Assembly: GCA_030704615.1 (NCBI GenBank)
Contig: CM060734.1
Span: 42,780,001 to 42,844,000, forward strand
Length of the DNA stretch: 64,000 nt
From: Takakia lepidozioides
Lineage: Eukaryota; Plantae; Bryophyta
Direction of reading: 5' to 3'
In this document: one piece after another, positions 1 through 12,198 of the stretch
Layout: each line of letters starts with the position of its first letter
Numbering within the stretch: position 1 is the first letter of the stretch
Made by a program: the position numbers and the translations under genes
Notes under the pieces: model-generated
Told to the model about the DNA's origin: nothing
Database searches by the model: none
The model's input: only the letters and a program-made list of their open reading frames with translations

Positions 1-939
1 TTACCTTGGTATGTACTTATCCCACTATTTGTTGTTTATGGATAATTTGATCTTGAAAGTGTCTTTCACTTGCACTTTTACTTTATCATTTTTTCTACAA
101 ATGTTCCACATTTCAGCTGACATTTGTCATATGAAAAATTGTTTTGCCCCGTCACATTCAAGGAGCGAATTCGAAAAGAAGAAGAAGAGCTTCGTGATTG
201 GCAAGAATGGCGGGCTTCCCGGCAGGCTTCAAGGGCATCAAGAGATTCACAAGTAGAGTTCCAAGTAACATTTCGGATGATAATGTTACTACTAGGTTCG
301 AGTTCTCCGAAAGTATTTCCGTTTTATCTGGTGCGGAGACCGTTGCAAGTGGTTGTGGTAACCGAAGGCGTCTTCGAACACATGCCTTGACTGCGAGCCG
401 TTTGGGAGGAGGCTCTGTAATATTAATGGGTTAGTGTAAGCCGTTGTATGGCTTCGAGCCGCTGGATAACATTAAGTCCAACGGATGTACAATTGACGTT
501 ACATTATGTCTGACTGCAACGCCAAAGTTACAATCTCTAATAAAATATGAATGTTTATCATCAATGTATGCGGACACATTCTTTCATATCATCCTCTTCA
601 TCACATGCCATGATTGTTCTATGTTTGGTTTTGTATGTCATCTGATATGGCAACCATTTTTTTGCAAAAAGTTTTATATATCCGACCTTACATCATGGTG
701 TAATTTATTGCATCCTCCCATTTTTTTCGTGAACTTCAACTTGGCAGTGGATGTTCTTCTAAAACCACAATACATACTTATATTGTCTCCAAAAAATGTT
801 TGGAGGATTATATTGTGTATAAAATAACCAAAATAATCATATATATTGCTTTATTTCAATAATAAATTTTGTTTATTCATATTTCTCATATTATTTCTGG
901 ACCAAACAAAAGTCCAAAATTAGTTAAAATAGTGTTTCC

Positions 940-1970
940 ATGGTTGAAAGAAAAGCTAGCTGCCATGACACGAGGTCAAGGACAAAGTGATAACGGCTCA
1001 TTCTTTAGCACATTTCAGCCTGTTTTGCCCTCTTATCAGAGTCGACCCTTGATTTCCATGTTGAATTCTACAAGTTAGCTTGTTGGGTTGATCTATGGCG
1101 GTCTAAATTTTTCTGGCATTACTGCCAATGTGGCGACAGGAAAGTATCCAAGAACATATAGGGATGAGGAGAAGTTGTGGAAGGAATATTTTTCCGACCC
1201 CAGTCAATGGTGGGACGATCGAGGAAAAAAGGTGAATGCCTGTTACAATCCATAGAGAAGCAGACGTCATTCAGCATAGGAACTAGTGTGTTATGAGTAG
1301 GGTTGGGGTGTTTGCTAGAACAAATCTAGGCCGTCATTGTCAGCCGTTCGAAGCAAGGCGAGGATGTATGCGTGATGTGTGTAGAGGCTGGGATAGCTGA
1401 AGGAGCAATGATAGAGTGTGGGTCCAGATTCATCCAATAGGGCACGATATCAAGCACAAGATTACGTATGATTCCCAGTGGATTAGAGCTACAAGAAACT
1501 TGGGCACCTTCTTCTTCGACCTATTTCAGCTTGTTTTGCCCTCTCACCAGACTTGGCCCTGAGATGCATATTGAATGCTGTAAGTTAGCTCGTTGCTCGT
1601 TGATAAGTACGGTCGGGGGTGTTTGCTGGAACAATTCTAGGCTGTCATTGTCAGATGCTAGCAGGAAGGCAAAGATGTATGCTTGTTTTTTGCAGTGTCA
1701 TAGAGAGCTGAAGGAGCAGGGATAGAGTGTGTGTCCAGATTCATCCAAAAGGGCCGGATTTCAAGCTCCACGTTACCTATGATTCCCTATGGAAGGATAG
1801 ATACAAGAAACCTACATGGATAGATGGTCAACTGGAAGCCGCAGCAGCAGCGGCACAATGGATAAAATCAGGCACTGCTAATGAAGGCACCTTCTTCAAC
1901 ACATTTCACCCTGTTTTCCCCTCTTATCAGAATCGGCCCTCAATTTTCATGTCGAATTCTGCAAGTTAGA
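940..1970 (+). pseudogene. Degenerate exons encoding OSB-type PDF (organellar ssDNA-binding) motifs, upstream of PPR remnants
   Basis: Exon 1163-1231 reads DEEKLWKEYFSDPSQWWDDRGKK then a GT donor (aag|gtgaat). After AG acceptors, 1428 reads IHPIGHDIKHKITYDSQW and 1739 reads IHPKGPDFKLHVTYDSLWKDRYKKPTWIDGQL. Spliced together these give the LW..F..P..WWDNR..K.P..PDFK....LW consensus of OSB PDF motifs. Stops and duplications indicate decay. Confidence 0.75.
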
Positions 1971-2079
1971 TGTTGAGTGAATGTACTTGGGAGTGACTTT
2001 GACATGATACTGCCAATGTGACAAGGATATGCATTGAACTCATTGGTAGCGGGATATTGGGATAACTCTTGGCCATTTG

Positions 2080-2670
2080 CCATCGTCAAAGCTGAAATTG
2101 TACTAGTTGTCATTCTGAACACTGCCCTGGTGGACATGTATGCCAAATGTGGGTGCAACAAGCCTAATGCAAAGGGAGAGTTCGACAACATGGGCTAAAT
2201 GAGATGTGGTGTTGTGGAGTGCCATGATTGCAAGGTATGTGCAGCATGGGTGTGGGATTAAGGCTTTGGAAACCTAAGAGCAAATGATGTGGGAAAGGAT
2301 GAAGCCAGACCAGGTCATGTTCATTTGTGTTTGTAATATGCATATGCGAGCCTAGAAGCCCTGGGAAGGGGCCAAGAGGTTCATGGTGACATCATCAAAG
2401 CTGGAATTGTACCTGATGTCATTATGAACATTCTACATGTATGTCAAATGTGAGCCTGGTAGCCCTGGAAAGGACGCAACGGTCCATGGTGACATTGTCA
2501 AAGCTGGAATTGTATCACTAGATGTCTCTAAACACTGCCTTGGTGGATATGTATGTCAAATGCAAGCCTGGCATCCCTGAAAAATGGTGCAGAGGTCCAC
2601 GGTAATATCATCAAAGCTAGTATTGTATCTGATGTGATTCTGAATGTTGCCGTAGTGGTCATGTATGAGT
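2080..2670 (+). pseudogene. PLS-class PPR gene fragments
   Basis: Motifs NTALVDMYAKCG, WSAMIARYVQHG, KPDQVMFICVCN and SLEALGRGQEVHGDIIKAG, repeated with stops and frameshifts. Confidence 0.85.
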
Positions 2671-2731
2671 TGCAAGCATTGGTCTCCCGTGATCCGTTCC
2701 TGAACGTGAGCTCCTAGCGAAGATCAATATC

Positions 2732-3663
2732 ATGGCTAATTCATGGCAAAAGATGGCAGTTCTAGCTGTCCTCTGTATGTCGGCAATGCTCGACGGAGCT
2801 CAAGCACAGAACCAGGTCCTCATTTTTCAATCTTCCGTAGTTACCTGCTGATCAAAATATTTTTTGTCGGTGAATTTTAGTATGGTGCTTCCATGGCAAG
2901 ATTTTGCAGTCATCTTCATGTCTTGCAGCAGATTCTCGATAATCAACCTGTCCATTGTTGTGGGTGCTTTTGGAGTTGAGTGTCATAGATATATTATGGT
3001 TATCTAGGTATCAGGTTAAAGTCAGACATCCATAACCGGCTGATATAAAAAATATCAACTATCCGTGCAACACTAATAGATACCTTCGGCTGCACTTTAA
3101 AATATATATTTTTTTAAAAAAAATCATTTTTTGCTCAAATTTTTAACTCATACCCGCCTACTACTCGTGGATTTGGATGAAGCGTGCTATTGGTATGCTT
3201 TCGACATGTATCCTATGCATTTATTGTTCCAATTTCCAACAGACGAAGATACAAATGATTAATCCATGGATGTGTGTGTATGTTGTGGCATGACCGTTCA
3301 AAACAAACTATTGGTAATTTTCTTGCAAGTTGCTGGGCAATACAATTTCGCAGCAGTACTATTCTCAATGCCAACTGAGAGGTAAATAATGAGGGGTGGT
3401 TGAGGTCCTCGCAACTAGATCTCAATAATTATTTAGCCAACATCGACGGGGAGCTGATGCCTGGAAGATACTTTGTACTCACGTGTTATGACGTTATATC
3501 TTTGAGATTACCCCCGAGCCGAACTCCTCAAACAGGAAATTACTTGATATCGGCTATGTGTTTTCAAGATGATAACACCCGTAATTATAATGCAAGGTAC
3601 GATGTAAATCTCAATCTGGCGAACGTTGATGGGTATTTGACGTGGCAACCGGTTCAAGAATGA
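2732..3663 (+). pseudogene. Secreted cyanovirin-N homolog (CVNH lectin), probably pseudogenised
   Basis: Exon 2732-2815 encodes signal-peptide-like MANSWQKMAVLAVLCMSAMLDGAQAQNQ followed by GT. Exon 3292-3663 reads GNFLASC...ILNAN*EVNNEGWLRSSQLDLNNYLANIDGEL..FVLTC...ISAMC...YDVNLNLANVDGYLTWQ, the two-repeat CV-N pattern (LDLN..I.N.DG.L twice). TGA at 3376-3378 replaces a conserved Cys, and the acceptor reads CAT rather than CAG. Confidence 0.8.
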
Positions 3664-3839
3664 TGATGAGGAGGTTGCGGATCAAGAATTTGTAGTTAGA
3701 GGCAGGAAGATGCTCAAGTGAAGATCCAAGTTCAAGGCAACTAATTATTTAGTATGATGCATGTATCCACGTCGGTGCTCTACATGTACAAATGCAATCG
3801 TATGTTGTTGCATCCATATGCATGTTGTGTACCTAAGCA

Positions 3840-5445
3840 TCGTGCCACAACATACATCGTTGTCCATCACACATCCTAAGCATACAATCCTAGAAAGCTA
3901 TGCCACAATGATAATGAAAGTGAACACAATGGAAACACTTCACTCATGAATCCACTCAATCACATAAACTAAGTCAAGCCAAGGGCACCTTTGCTACAGG
4001 AATCCACCCTACAAAGCCCTCACCACACTCCCTCTCAATACCTAGAGCTATGGAGGTGGGAGAGACTCATAGAGGCTCAACTACAAGAAGATGAGCCTTC
4101 CTCAACACTCACAAGGGGAAAAATCCATCCCCGTGTCTCAAGTGAGTGTCGTGCGCATACATATCGCTACACAACTACATCGCTGTCCAAACCACACCAC
4201 ACATATATGCACAATAAAGTAGTCTGCCACAATAAATTCTCCCGAAGGAAGTGTAACTTATGGAGTCACTTCACCCCGAAGGGCTACCTGCCTTCCGCTA
4301 GGAAGGTGGACACCTTCATGACACACCAGACCGTGGTTTGAACCCACAACCACATCCAACGTGGTATGTGGCCATTACCACTGGGCTACATGCTGGTTGT
4401 CTTGATGTGCTTATGATGGGAGTATAGGTTGTTGTGAGGTGGAGTCCCCATAGCTTGGGGTGCCCCTGGCTCGACTTCTATGTCGTGCGCATACATATCG
4501 CTACACAACTACATCGCTGTCCAAAACCACACAACACATGTGCACACCACACACTAGTATACCACTAGTCCAACCACTAGTCCAACCACTAGGCTACAAT
4601 AATTGTGTGGACTAGTGACTGCCATAGTGGGCAGCATAGTGGCAGCCTAGTGACTGACTAGTTGTAGCCTAGTGGTTGGACTAGTGGTGGACTAGTGGTA
4701 TATTAGTGTGTGGTGTGCACATGTGTTGTGTGATTTTGGATAGCGATGTAGTTGTGTAGCGATATGTATGCGCACGACAGCTGTCAAGTTATTTTACCAC
4801 TAATGTGAAACTAGCTAGGAAATAGCTAGCTTTTACATATTGACATTTGGGATTGGCCCAAGTGTCAATCCAGGGATCAAGGCGGATTTAGGCCCTGGAG
4901 TGGTTATCTTCACGGCAAGCGCGGAAGGCTTATCTTCCTCGAGTGATAAAGAAGAAGAATACAAGCACGAGCTCACAAATCTGAAGCATAAACTCATGCA
5001 TATATAACCTCATCACTCAAATACAAGTCAAGCCAAGTGCACCCCACGCCATGGGGGATCCACACTACGGCGCCATAGCTAGGCGCGGTGAGGCTCAACT
5101 CGAGAAAGATGAGCCTTGCCGTGAAGATAACCACTCCAGGGCCTAAATCTGCCTTGACCCCTGGATTGACACTTGGGCCAATCCCAAACGTCAATATGTA
5201 AAAGCTAGCTATTTCCTAGCTAGTTTCACACTAGTGGTAAAATAACTTGACAACTGTTGTGCGCATACATATCGCTACACAACTACATCGCTATCCAAAA
5301 CCACACAACACATGTGCACACCACACACTAATATACCACTAATCCACCACTAGTCCAACCACTAGTCCAACCACTAGGCTACAACTAGTTAGTCACTAGG
5401 CTGCCACTATGCTGCCCACTATGGTAGTCACTAGTCCACACAATC
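3840..5445. repeat. LTR-like repeat fragments in direct and inverted orientation (fold-back)
   Basis: The end motif TGTCGTGCGCATACATATCGCTACACAACTACATCGCT occurs at 4147, 4481 and ~5254 (+) and inverted ending at 4779. 4602-4944 is the reverse complement of ~5098-5444. Confidence 0.75.
4325..4398 (-). other. tRNA-derived (SINE-head-like) sequence with Pol III A and B boxes
   Basis: Minus strand reads gcatgTAGCCCAGTGGtaatggccacataccacgttggatgtggttgtgGGTTCAAACCacggtctggt, with D-arm, central-hairpin and T-arm pairings. It has no canonical anticodon loop. Confidence 0.5.
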
Positions 5446-5505
5446 GCCCCCCTAGCTGGTGCTTAGGTCCCTCTAAGTCCAGGTAGCCACAAGATATGAT
5501 AGTGA

Positions 5506-6220
5506 TTATAGCCTCACTAAGTCCTCCACCACTATCTCTACTACACTCAAACTCGATAGATCAAGAGGCCGGGTGCAAGAGTTGCCGAACCCTCCTATGA
5601 ACGTCACAGGGAGCTGCACACGCCGGCCCTCCCCTGACTGCCATGCAGGCCTATAGGAAGCTGACTCCTCCCAAAAATCCAGGGTGAAGCCCATGGGATA
5701 CAACACTGCCCCACCAACCAGGACATCGTATGAGACTGCGTCTGTCACAATGGCCTTGGCTCGCATCACTGAGCCATCTGTAAGGTGATCCGGCCGTAGT
5801 CTGATAGCCAACTCACACCGTGTCATGCCCCGAGCCTGCTCCGATCCTCCCAGAGACGTCTGTATCTGGAAAGGACAAGGCTCCATATCCGCCTCCGTGA
5901 GGCCCAAGCCTGCAATAGCAGCTCTGCCCATCATCAATGGCTGAGCTCCCGAGTCCAACAAGACCCGCAGTGGCCGGTACCTCTTGCCTGCCGGTCCACT
6001 CAAACAGAAAATGCCATCCTGGTTGTCTAACATGACAACTCCAGGTGTCACCATGGCACGCTCAATGGCTGGCTTAGCTGGCAGCTCCATCAACCTGGCA
6101 GTTGCAGCTTGCCATGGCGCCGCCGTGGCAGTCTTGACCCTCAAATCCGAGGATCCCTCCGGCACTACACCTCCCACTATCTCCGCAGAAGTCTGGTGTA
6201 AAAGAAATGACCAAGTGGCC
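5506..6220 (-). mobile_element. Ty3/Gypsy retrotransposon remnant, aspartic protease region
   Basis: ORF 5506-6177 contains VLLDSGAQ (catalytic D-S-G) and YDVLVG (C-terminal retropepsin motif). Confidence 0.8.
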
Positions 6221-6497
6221 GTGATTGTGCCTAAGTTCCGAAATTTGTTTTTGCATGAGAATTTAATTTAAATTAAACATTTTTTATTACCTTATAATTC
6301 CCTAATTCTTGTCACAACCTGAGTAGACCAGGCTGTAGACTCTATATAGACACCCCACCACAATCAATCTCTTTGTCAATCCCGATACCACTAACTAATT
6401 ATAAATCATTCTCTCTCTCTTGGTTCTCTGAGATGATAGAATCTTACGGCCCTGCAATTACCCTTCGGTATCTTTATCTCCTTCTCTCCTGAGGGCT

Positions 6498-6901
6498 TTG
6501 GGGCGGTTCAGGATGGGCTCCCACAACCTACAGATAGAGACTAGCAGATGGAAAAATCTGCAGCAGGATGACCGCCTATGTCCGGCTTGCACAGGGCACA
6601 ACCAGGAAATTGAAACTGAAGAACACTTCATAATCTATTGCCCTTTATACTATGAGATCCGTGGGAGATTCCATTGTCTATTCCGTGGAACCCAATCTCT
6701 CATTGAAATCTTTCACTATTTATGAAGATCAGAAATGCTTGGCAGCTTACTTGCACGAGGCGCTCACCCTTACACAATCACCCCAACAGTAGTTTCTATC
6801 TCTGGCTCTGGTTATGTTTCCTGTCATATGTTTTTTTCCATTTTGTCCCATAAGCTCTATGAGCTTTCTGCGGCGTTATAAAGCACCATTTCATTTCATT
6901 T
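6498..6901 (+). mobile_element. 5'-truncated LINE 3' end (RTE-X/CR1-like C-terminal zinc finger)
   Basis: RFRMGSHNLQIETSRW...RLCPAC...IETEEHFIIYCPLYYEIR (CCHC), ending in a short (CATTT)n tail at ~6887-6901. Confidence 0.75.
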
Positions 6902-7609
6902 CTCTAAATTCTTCCATTCATCAAACCCTATAAGGTTTTAATAAAAGACCCAAATGATGTAACTATATAGTAGATAAAGAGAATCAGCACAAAGAGAATC
7001 AGCCCTACCGGGAGAAATAAAACCCCGTTAGCAAAGGGAAATAAAGTGACAACAAACAAATCAAGCCGATCTGGTCTAAGTACTGCCTGAAGTGGATCAG
7101 AGCCAAAAACCAAAAGGGGGATGAGTTGGAAAGAACAAGACCATGAAGCTAACGGTCTCTAATCTCTATCCACCGCAAATAGACAACTTTTGCCCTTCGT
7201 GAAGGGTATAGAAACACATGCATAATTAAGGCTTCCATTGCCTTTGTTTTCAACTGGGCTGCAAGGCTATTCTTTTGAGATCTATGGTTCAAAATTGAAA
7301 GGGAGTACAGATGAACTGCCTTCCAATGTTTGTTTAATAAAAATGAAATTAGAAAGGCACAAAATCATGGTTAGCAGTATCATTACCTGGAAACAATGAA
7401 TCATGAACAACAGGTAGTTTCCCTTCTCTTATGTTCATTACATGATCCTTCTGTAAACCATCCAGGGCAACTAGGGTTATTTCCTCTTTACCGCAAGATG
7501 ATAGAATTCTCTCTCTCTTGGTTCTCTATAGGTCTGGAGTTGAAATATTGTGAGAGGCACCGCTCCTGCTGAATCTGATCAGTGAGGTTAGCTATTTCTT
7601 TGCATAGTT

Positions 7610-8440
7610 TATGACATTTTGCATCATGACAATGCACCATGGACCTCTTTGCCCTTTTCCAGAGCTGCCAGGCTTGCACACGCATCGCAAATGCACACAA
7701 ATGTGATGTGGTTGGGCTTCACCCCTTCCCCCATCATTTGATCATAAGTCTCCAAAGCCTTCATACCACTCTCTGCTACTCTCTGTAATCCAACAGGCAT
7801 TCACCTTTTGCCTCCATTGTCCCATCATTGACTGGGGTCAGAAAAGTATTCATTCCACAGCCTCTCCTCGTCTCTATTACTTGTTTCTGGATACTTCCTT
7901 GTTGTCACATTGGCAGTATGTCAAAGTCACTCCAAACTATCAATGGTTCACTCAACCAGCTAACTTGCACAATTATGAAAATTTAGGGCCGATTGTGATA
8001 AGAGGAAAAAACAGGGTGAAATGTTTTGAAGAAGGTGCCTTCATTAGCAACGCTTGAATTTGTCAATTGTACCACTGCTGCTGCGGCTTCCAGTTGACCA
8101 TCTACCCATGCAGATTTCTTATAGTTATCATTCCACAGGGAATCATAGGTGATCTGGAGCTTGAAATCCGGCCCTCTTGGATGAATCTGGACCCACATCT
8201 CAAGGTTGAATCTGATGGGAGGGCAAAACATGCTGAAATAGGTCGAAGCAGAAGGTGCCCTCACCACATTGTCCTTGACCTTGTTTCATGATCCATGGAG
8301 ACCTGCTAGCAGCTGACACTGACCAACCCAATTCTGAATTGCATCTGCTTCTCTCTGTAGTCCAATAGGCATTCACTTTTTTGTCTCCATTGTCCCACCA
8401 TCGACTAGGGTCGAAAAAGTGTTCATTCCAAAGCTTGTCA
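7610..8440 (-). pseudogene. Second PDF-motif + PLS-PPR remnant (inverted copy)
   Basis: Minus strand order: LWNEHFFDPSRWWDNGDKK|gtgaat (~8430-8370), IHPRGPDFKLQITYDSLWNDNYKKSAWVDGQL (~8185-8090), DEERLWNEYFSDPSQ*WDN (~7870-7815), then PPR GEGVKPNHITFVCICDACASLAALEKGKEVHG (~7735-7635). Confidence 0.75.
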
Positions 8441-8976
8441 GGGCCGAGTCTGATGAGAGGGCAAACCTCTGTATGTGTTGCTTGTGTCTGTAGTCAGGTA
8501 ATGTCCGATTGTATGTGAGAACCACCACGGTGCAGCTGAACAAGCAGAGATTGAAACATGGCCTGCTAAGACCAAGCGATTCTCCCACGAACCTTGTAAA
8601 CATCAGGAAGAATACCAAATCATGGTACTAAGAGCCCCATTTGCAAGATGAACAAACCTCTTCACATCGTACATTAAGAAAAGCCACACCTTGTGATTGC
8701 GGTTGTCCCACCATCTGCTGCGAGAGCTCCTGCTGTGTATTCATAATCTTTGAACGTCTCCATCTGCGAATTGCGATCGGCCTGTGAAACCCCTCCTGCG
8801 GTTCAAGAAATCAAGAAATGGGGCAGTTTGGGCAGTTTCGAAACACTTGGCGCGAAATTCTATTAGCGTTTTTCGGGCGGGCGGTCCGGGCAGATTCCAA
8901 AGAATTTGACGACGAAACGTGGCGACGATGACATGGTGACGATGACGTGGCGACGAGAACGTGGCACTTTGGCACC

Positions 8977-9600
8977 CTATATCTGTTCTACGTAAACTAG
9001 CTTCCAACCTTCGGCCGTTGCTAGAATTATCATCGGGGTTCCGAGGTCTTTGTCCAACAATCTTTGTACCTCTCCAAATGAGATGGATTTCCTCCCTTCC
9101 ATGGTCTCCAGTCTCCACCACTCAACAAGCACTTTTTTGTAATTGATATTTTTTCTATCTTGAATTATATGGGATGAGGCCATTCCCAACCAAACTGGAT
9201 ACGTATGAGGATGCACAAGACAAACAAGGACGAAAAATCCACTTTCAACGTCTTTGTATGGATTTAAGCCTTCTTTTGGACGACCACACCTTGGCCCACA
9301 ATAATGAACAACCTCCTCAGCCTCATTGTCACTTGATTTGTCAGAGCAAGCATTAAATCCATCTCTCATGTGATTTTCCTACCATTTTGTTGAGGGCCAA
9401 AATCCTTACATGAGAAATTATCTGTATTATCATTTCTCTAAATCCATATATTTTTTAATTCCAGTTTTGATAATAGATTGCTTTTGCACAACGTCTTCTT
9501 AGTCTCCCCAAACTGATGTCATGCTTAGGCTCAATGTGGACCGGAAGTGAAGGGGATCCATCGTCAAGAGTCTTCCACATTTTAACTGAACCTTGTTTTG
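8977..9600 (-). mobile_element. Unclassified DNA-transposon coding fragment
   Basis: ORF 8977-9369 FVLV...PVWLGMA...VLVEWW resembles C-terminal domains of bryophyte transposon proteins; adjacent GACGTGGC-rich sequence at 8915-8970. Recognition is tentative. Confidence 0.3.
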
Positions 9601-9649
9601 GAAGCCAGTCACAATCGGTTCGCAGATTAGCTTGTGCTACACATACAGA

Positions 9650-10790
9650 TGTACAATTGTACCAAGTGTCATTCTAAACAATACCCTCGTGGACATGTAT
9701 GAAGGGAGTTTTCGACAGTATGGCTGAATGAGATGTGGTGTCGTGGAGGGCGATGATTGCAGGATATGCACAGCAATAACGCGGGGTAGAGGCTTCAGAG
9801 ACCTATGAGCAAATGATGGGGGAAGGGGTGAAGCCCGACCGCATAACGTTTGTTTGCATTTGCAATGCGTGTGCAAGCCTGGCAGTTCTGGAGAGGTGCA
9901 GAGTGGTCCATGATGACATCGTCACATCTAGAATTGTACCCAATGTCATTTTGAACACTGCCTTGCTGGACATGTATGTTAAATGTGAGTGCATCGAGGA
10001 TGCAAAAGGAGTTTTCGGCAGTATGGCTGAACGAGATTTGGTGTAGTGGAGGGCGATGATTGCAGGATATGCACAGCAAGGGCGCGGGATGGAGCCTTCA
10101 GAGACCTATGAGCAAATGATGGGGGAAGGGGTGAAGCCCGACCCCATCACATTTGTGTGCATTTGCAGTGCGTGTGCAAGCCTGGCAGCCCTGGAAAGAT
10201 GCAAAGAGGTCCACGGTGACATTGTCACATCTGGATTTGTACCAGATGTCATCCTGAACACTGCCCTACTAGACATGTATGTCAAATGTGAGTACATCGA
10301 GGATGCAAATGGAGTGTTCGACAATATTGTTGAACGAAATGTGGTGTCGTGGAGGGCGATGATTACAAAATATGCACAACAGGGGCGTGGGATGGAGGCT
10401 GTGGAGACCTACGAGCAAATGATGGGGAAAGGGGTGAAGCCCGACCCCATCATGTTTGTGTGCATTTGCAGTGCGTGTGCAAGCCTGGCAGCCCTGGAAA
10501 GGGGCAAAGAGGTGCATGGTTGCATCGCCAAAGCTGGATTTGTACCAGATGTGATTCTGGACAATACCCTTGTGGACATGTATGCCAAATGTGGGAGCAT
10601 CGAGGATGCAAAGGGAGTGTGTTCGACAGTATGGCTAAACGAAATTTGGTGTCGTGGAGTGCGATGAATATTGTAGGATATGCACAGTAGGGGCGTGGGA
10701 TGGAGGACTTGGAGACCTATGAGCAAATGATGGGGGAAGGGGTGCATTGAGGATGCAAATGGAGTATTTGACAACAAAATGTGGTGTCTG
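9650..10790 (+). pseudogene. PLS-class PPR array remnant
   Basis: About 3.5 tandem ~101-aa PLS triplets (WRAMIAGYAQQGRGMEA.ETYEQMMGEGVKPD.ITFVCIC.ACASLAALERGKEVHG.I...GFVPDVILNTALLDMY.KC..IEDA..VFD), with stops and frameshifts. Confidence 0.9.
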
Positions 10791-12198
10791 ACGAGCCTTG
10801 GTCGCGCGCGGCCAGGGTGACGGCATATTAGCCTAGGAGGTCGTGGCAAGTTGCGGTGTAGGTTGGGCTCAACGAACCGCCTACCCGGTTGCGGTAAGTG
10901 CAGGGGTCCGTGACAACTATGGACGGATCTAAACAGTCTAACTTCCTACCGGCAAAGCAAAGCTTAACAACTCCACTTCACAGGGCGATTTGCGTTTCCT
11001 AGTCTTACGTTTTGTTTATGGGTTTTTCTACGTCTTTAATCGTAATTGCCTTCCAATTCTTTGTTTATTACTACTTCCTACATGCCTGGACTCCCAACAC
11101 GCTTATAGTCGGGACGAACCTTCAAATCCCTTCACAAAACAAATCCTGAGCCCAGGGAGACGGGGATCATCTATCTCCCGCCCAATGCCCCCCCTAAATC
11201 CCGAGGTGGATGAGTTACAAACTCCTAGGAAGGGACCGGATCCGCTTTCCCAAATCAGTCTCTCCTGCTTAGAGCGATCCAAGATTCAACCTCAATGGTC
11301 ACTTCATCGGGTGAATGATAACAAATCAAACCTCTAGGTAATTCCCGAGATCTAATAAAACAATGGCCGTTCCTTGGCCCAAGGCCCCCCAAGAATTACC
11401 CTGCTGAATAATAAAGAACAAATCATTACAACCTTCCTACAAATGCATGAAATTCGTAGAAATAGAGAATCATTGTAGGATGTTGGAGCTAACTAAATTA
11501 CCCTCAAGGTACCAGGGGAATACCCTGGGAACGTCCTTATGTTGGGAGCATTGGGGAACCGCTCTCCACTTGGGAGCGCCCCTAAATTCCTATACCAAAC
11601 CAATCAATAACGCATTAGCAATTTAAACAATCACCGGGCCAGGATGAATGAAATATGCCGCCCATCAGTTTCTCATCTGCTCGCCACCCTGGTGTATAAA
11701 CAATGATTAAACATTCAGTGGGTCCCAGGGTCCATTTCCTACGCCTCTTCCACCTACTTCCAATATAATCTGATTAATTTATGCAGGCGACCAGCCTAGA
11801 ATGAAGTTGAAACATGTCATCTTCTACCTTCTGAAACCCCCCCAGGGATTCTCTTCTCCCTATCTCTGGGCTCTCTCTCTCTGCCTGTGGCATCTATACC
11901 CATGAGCCGTGCTTTAACAAGCCCCGAAATACATATCAAACTAATGGCTTCACTAGGGCCTATCCAATGGTTCCAACCATTTCTTATTCTTTGCTAAAAC
12001 ACGCCCTCATTCCCATGCAAGAAGAACACCATGAATAGTGCACAAGAAATCAAAGGCATAGGGCGAACCCCCCCTTAAAATACCCGTCCCAGGGACCAAT
12101 AGTCCCCGGCGGGGTCCATTATAATATCCAGCGGTTAAAATCGATACCCCGCGGCCAGCGCTACGTGGCGCGGCGTGACTAGCTCGCCGCCAGCGACA
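10790..12198. mobile_element. LTR-retrotransposon-like noncoding remnant(s) interrupting PPR copies
   Basis: Abrupt breaks in PPR homology on both sides; LTR-like ends ...GTGACA (~10914) and ...GCGACA (12198); no coding domain recognised. Confidence 0.35.

Noticed and set aside
1-870. Short ORFs at the window start
   Set aside because: No recognisable domain or gene structure could be supported.
4325-4398. Functional tRNA gene
   Set aside because: No 7-nt anticodon loop or proper acceptor stem; it is embedded in a repeat.
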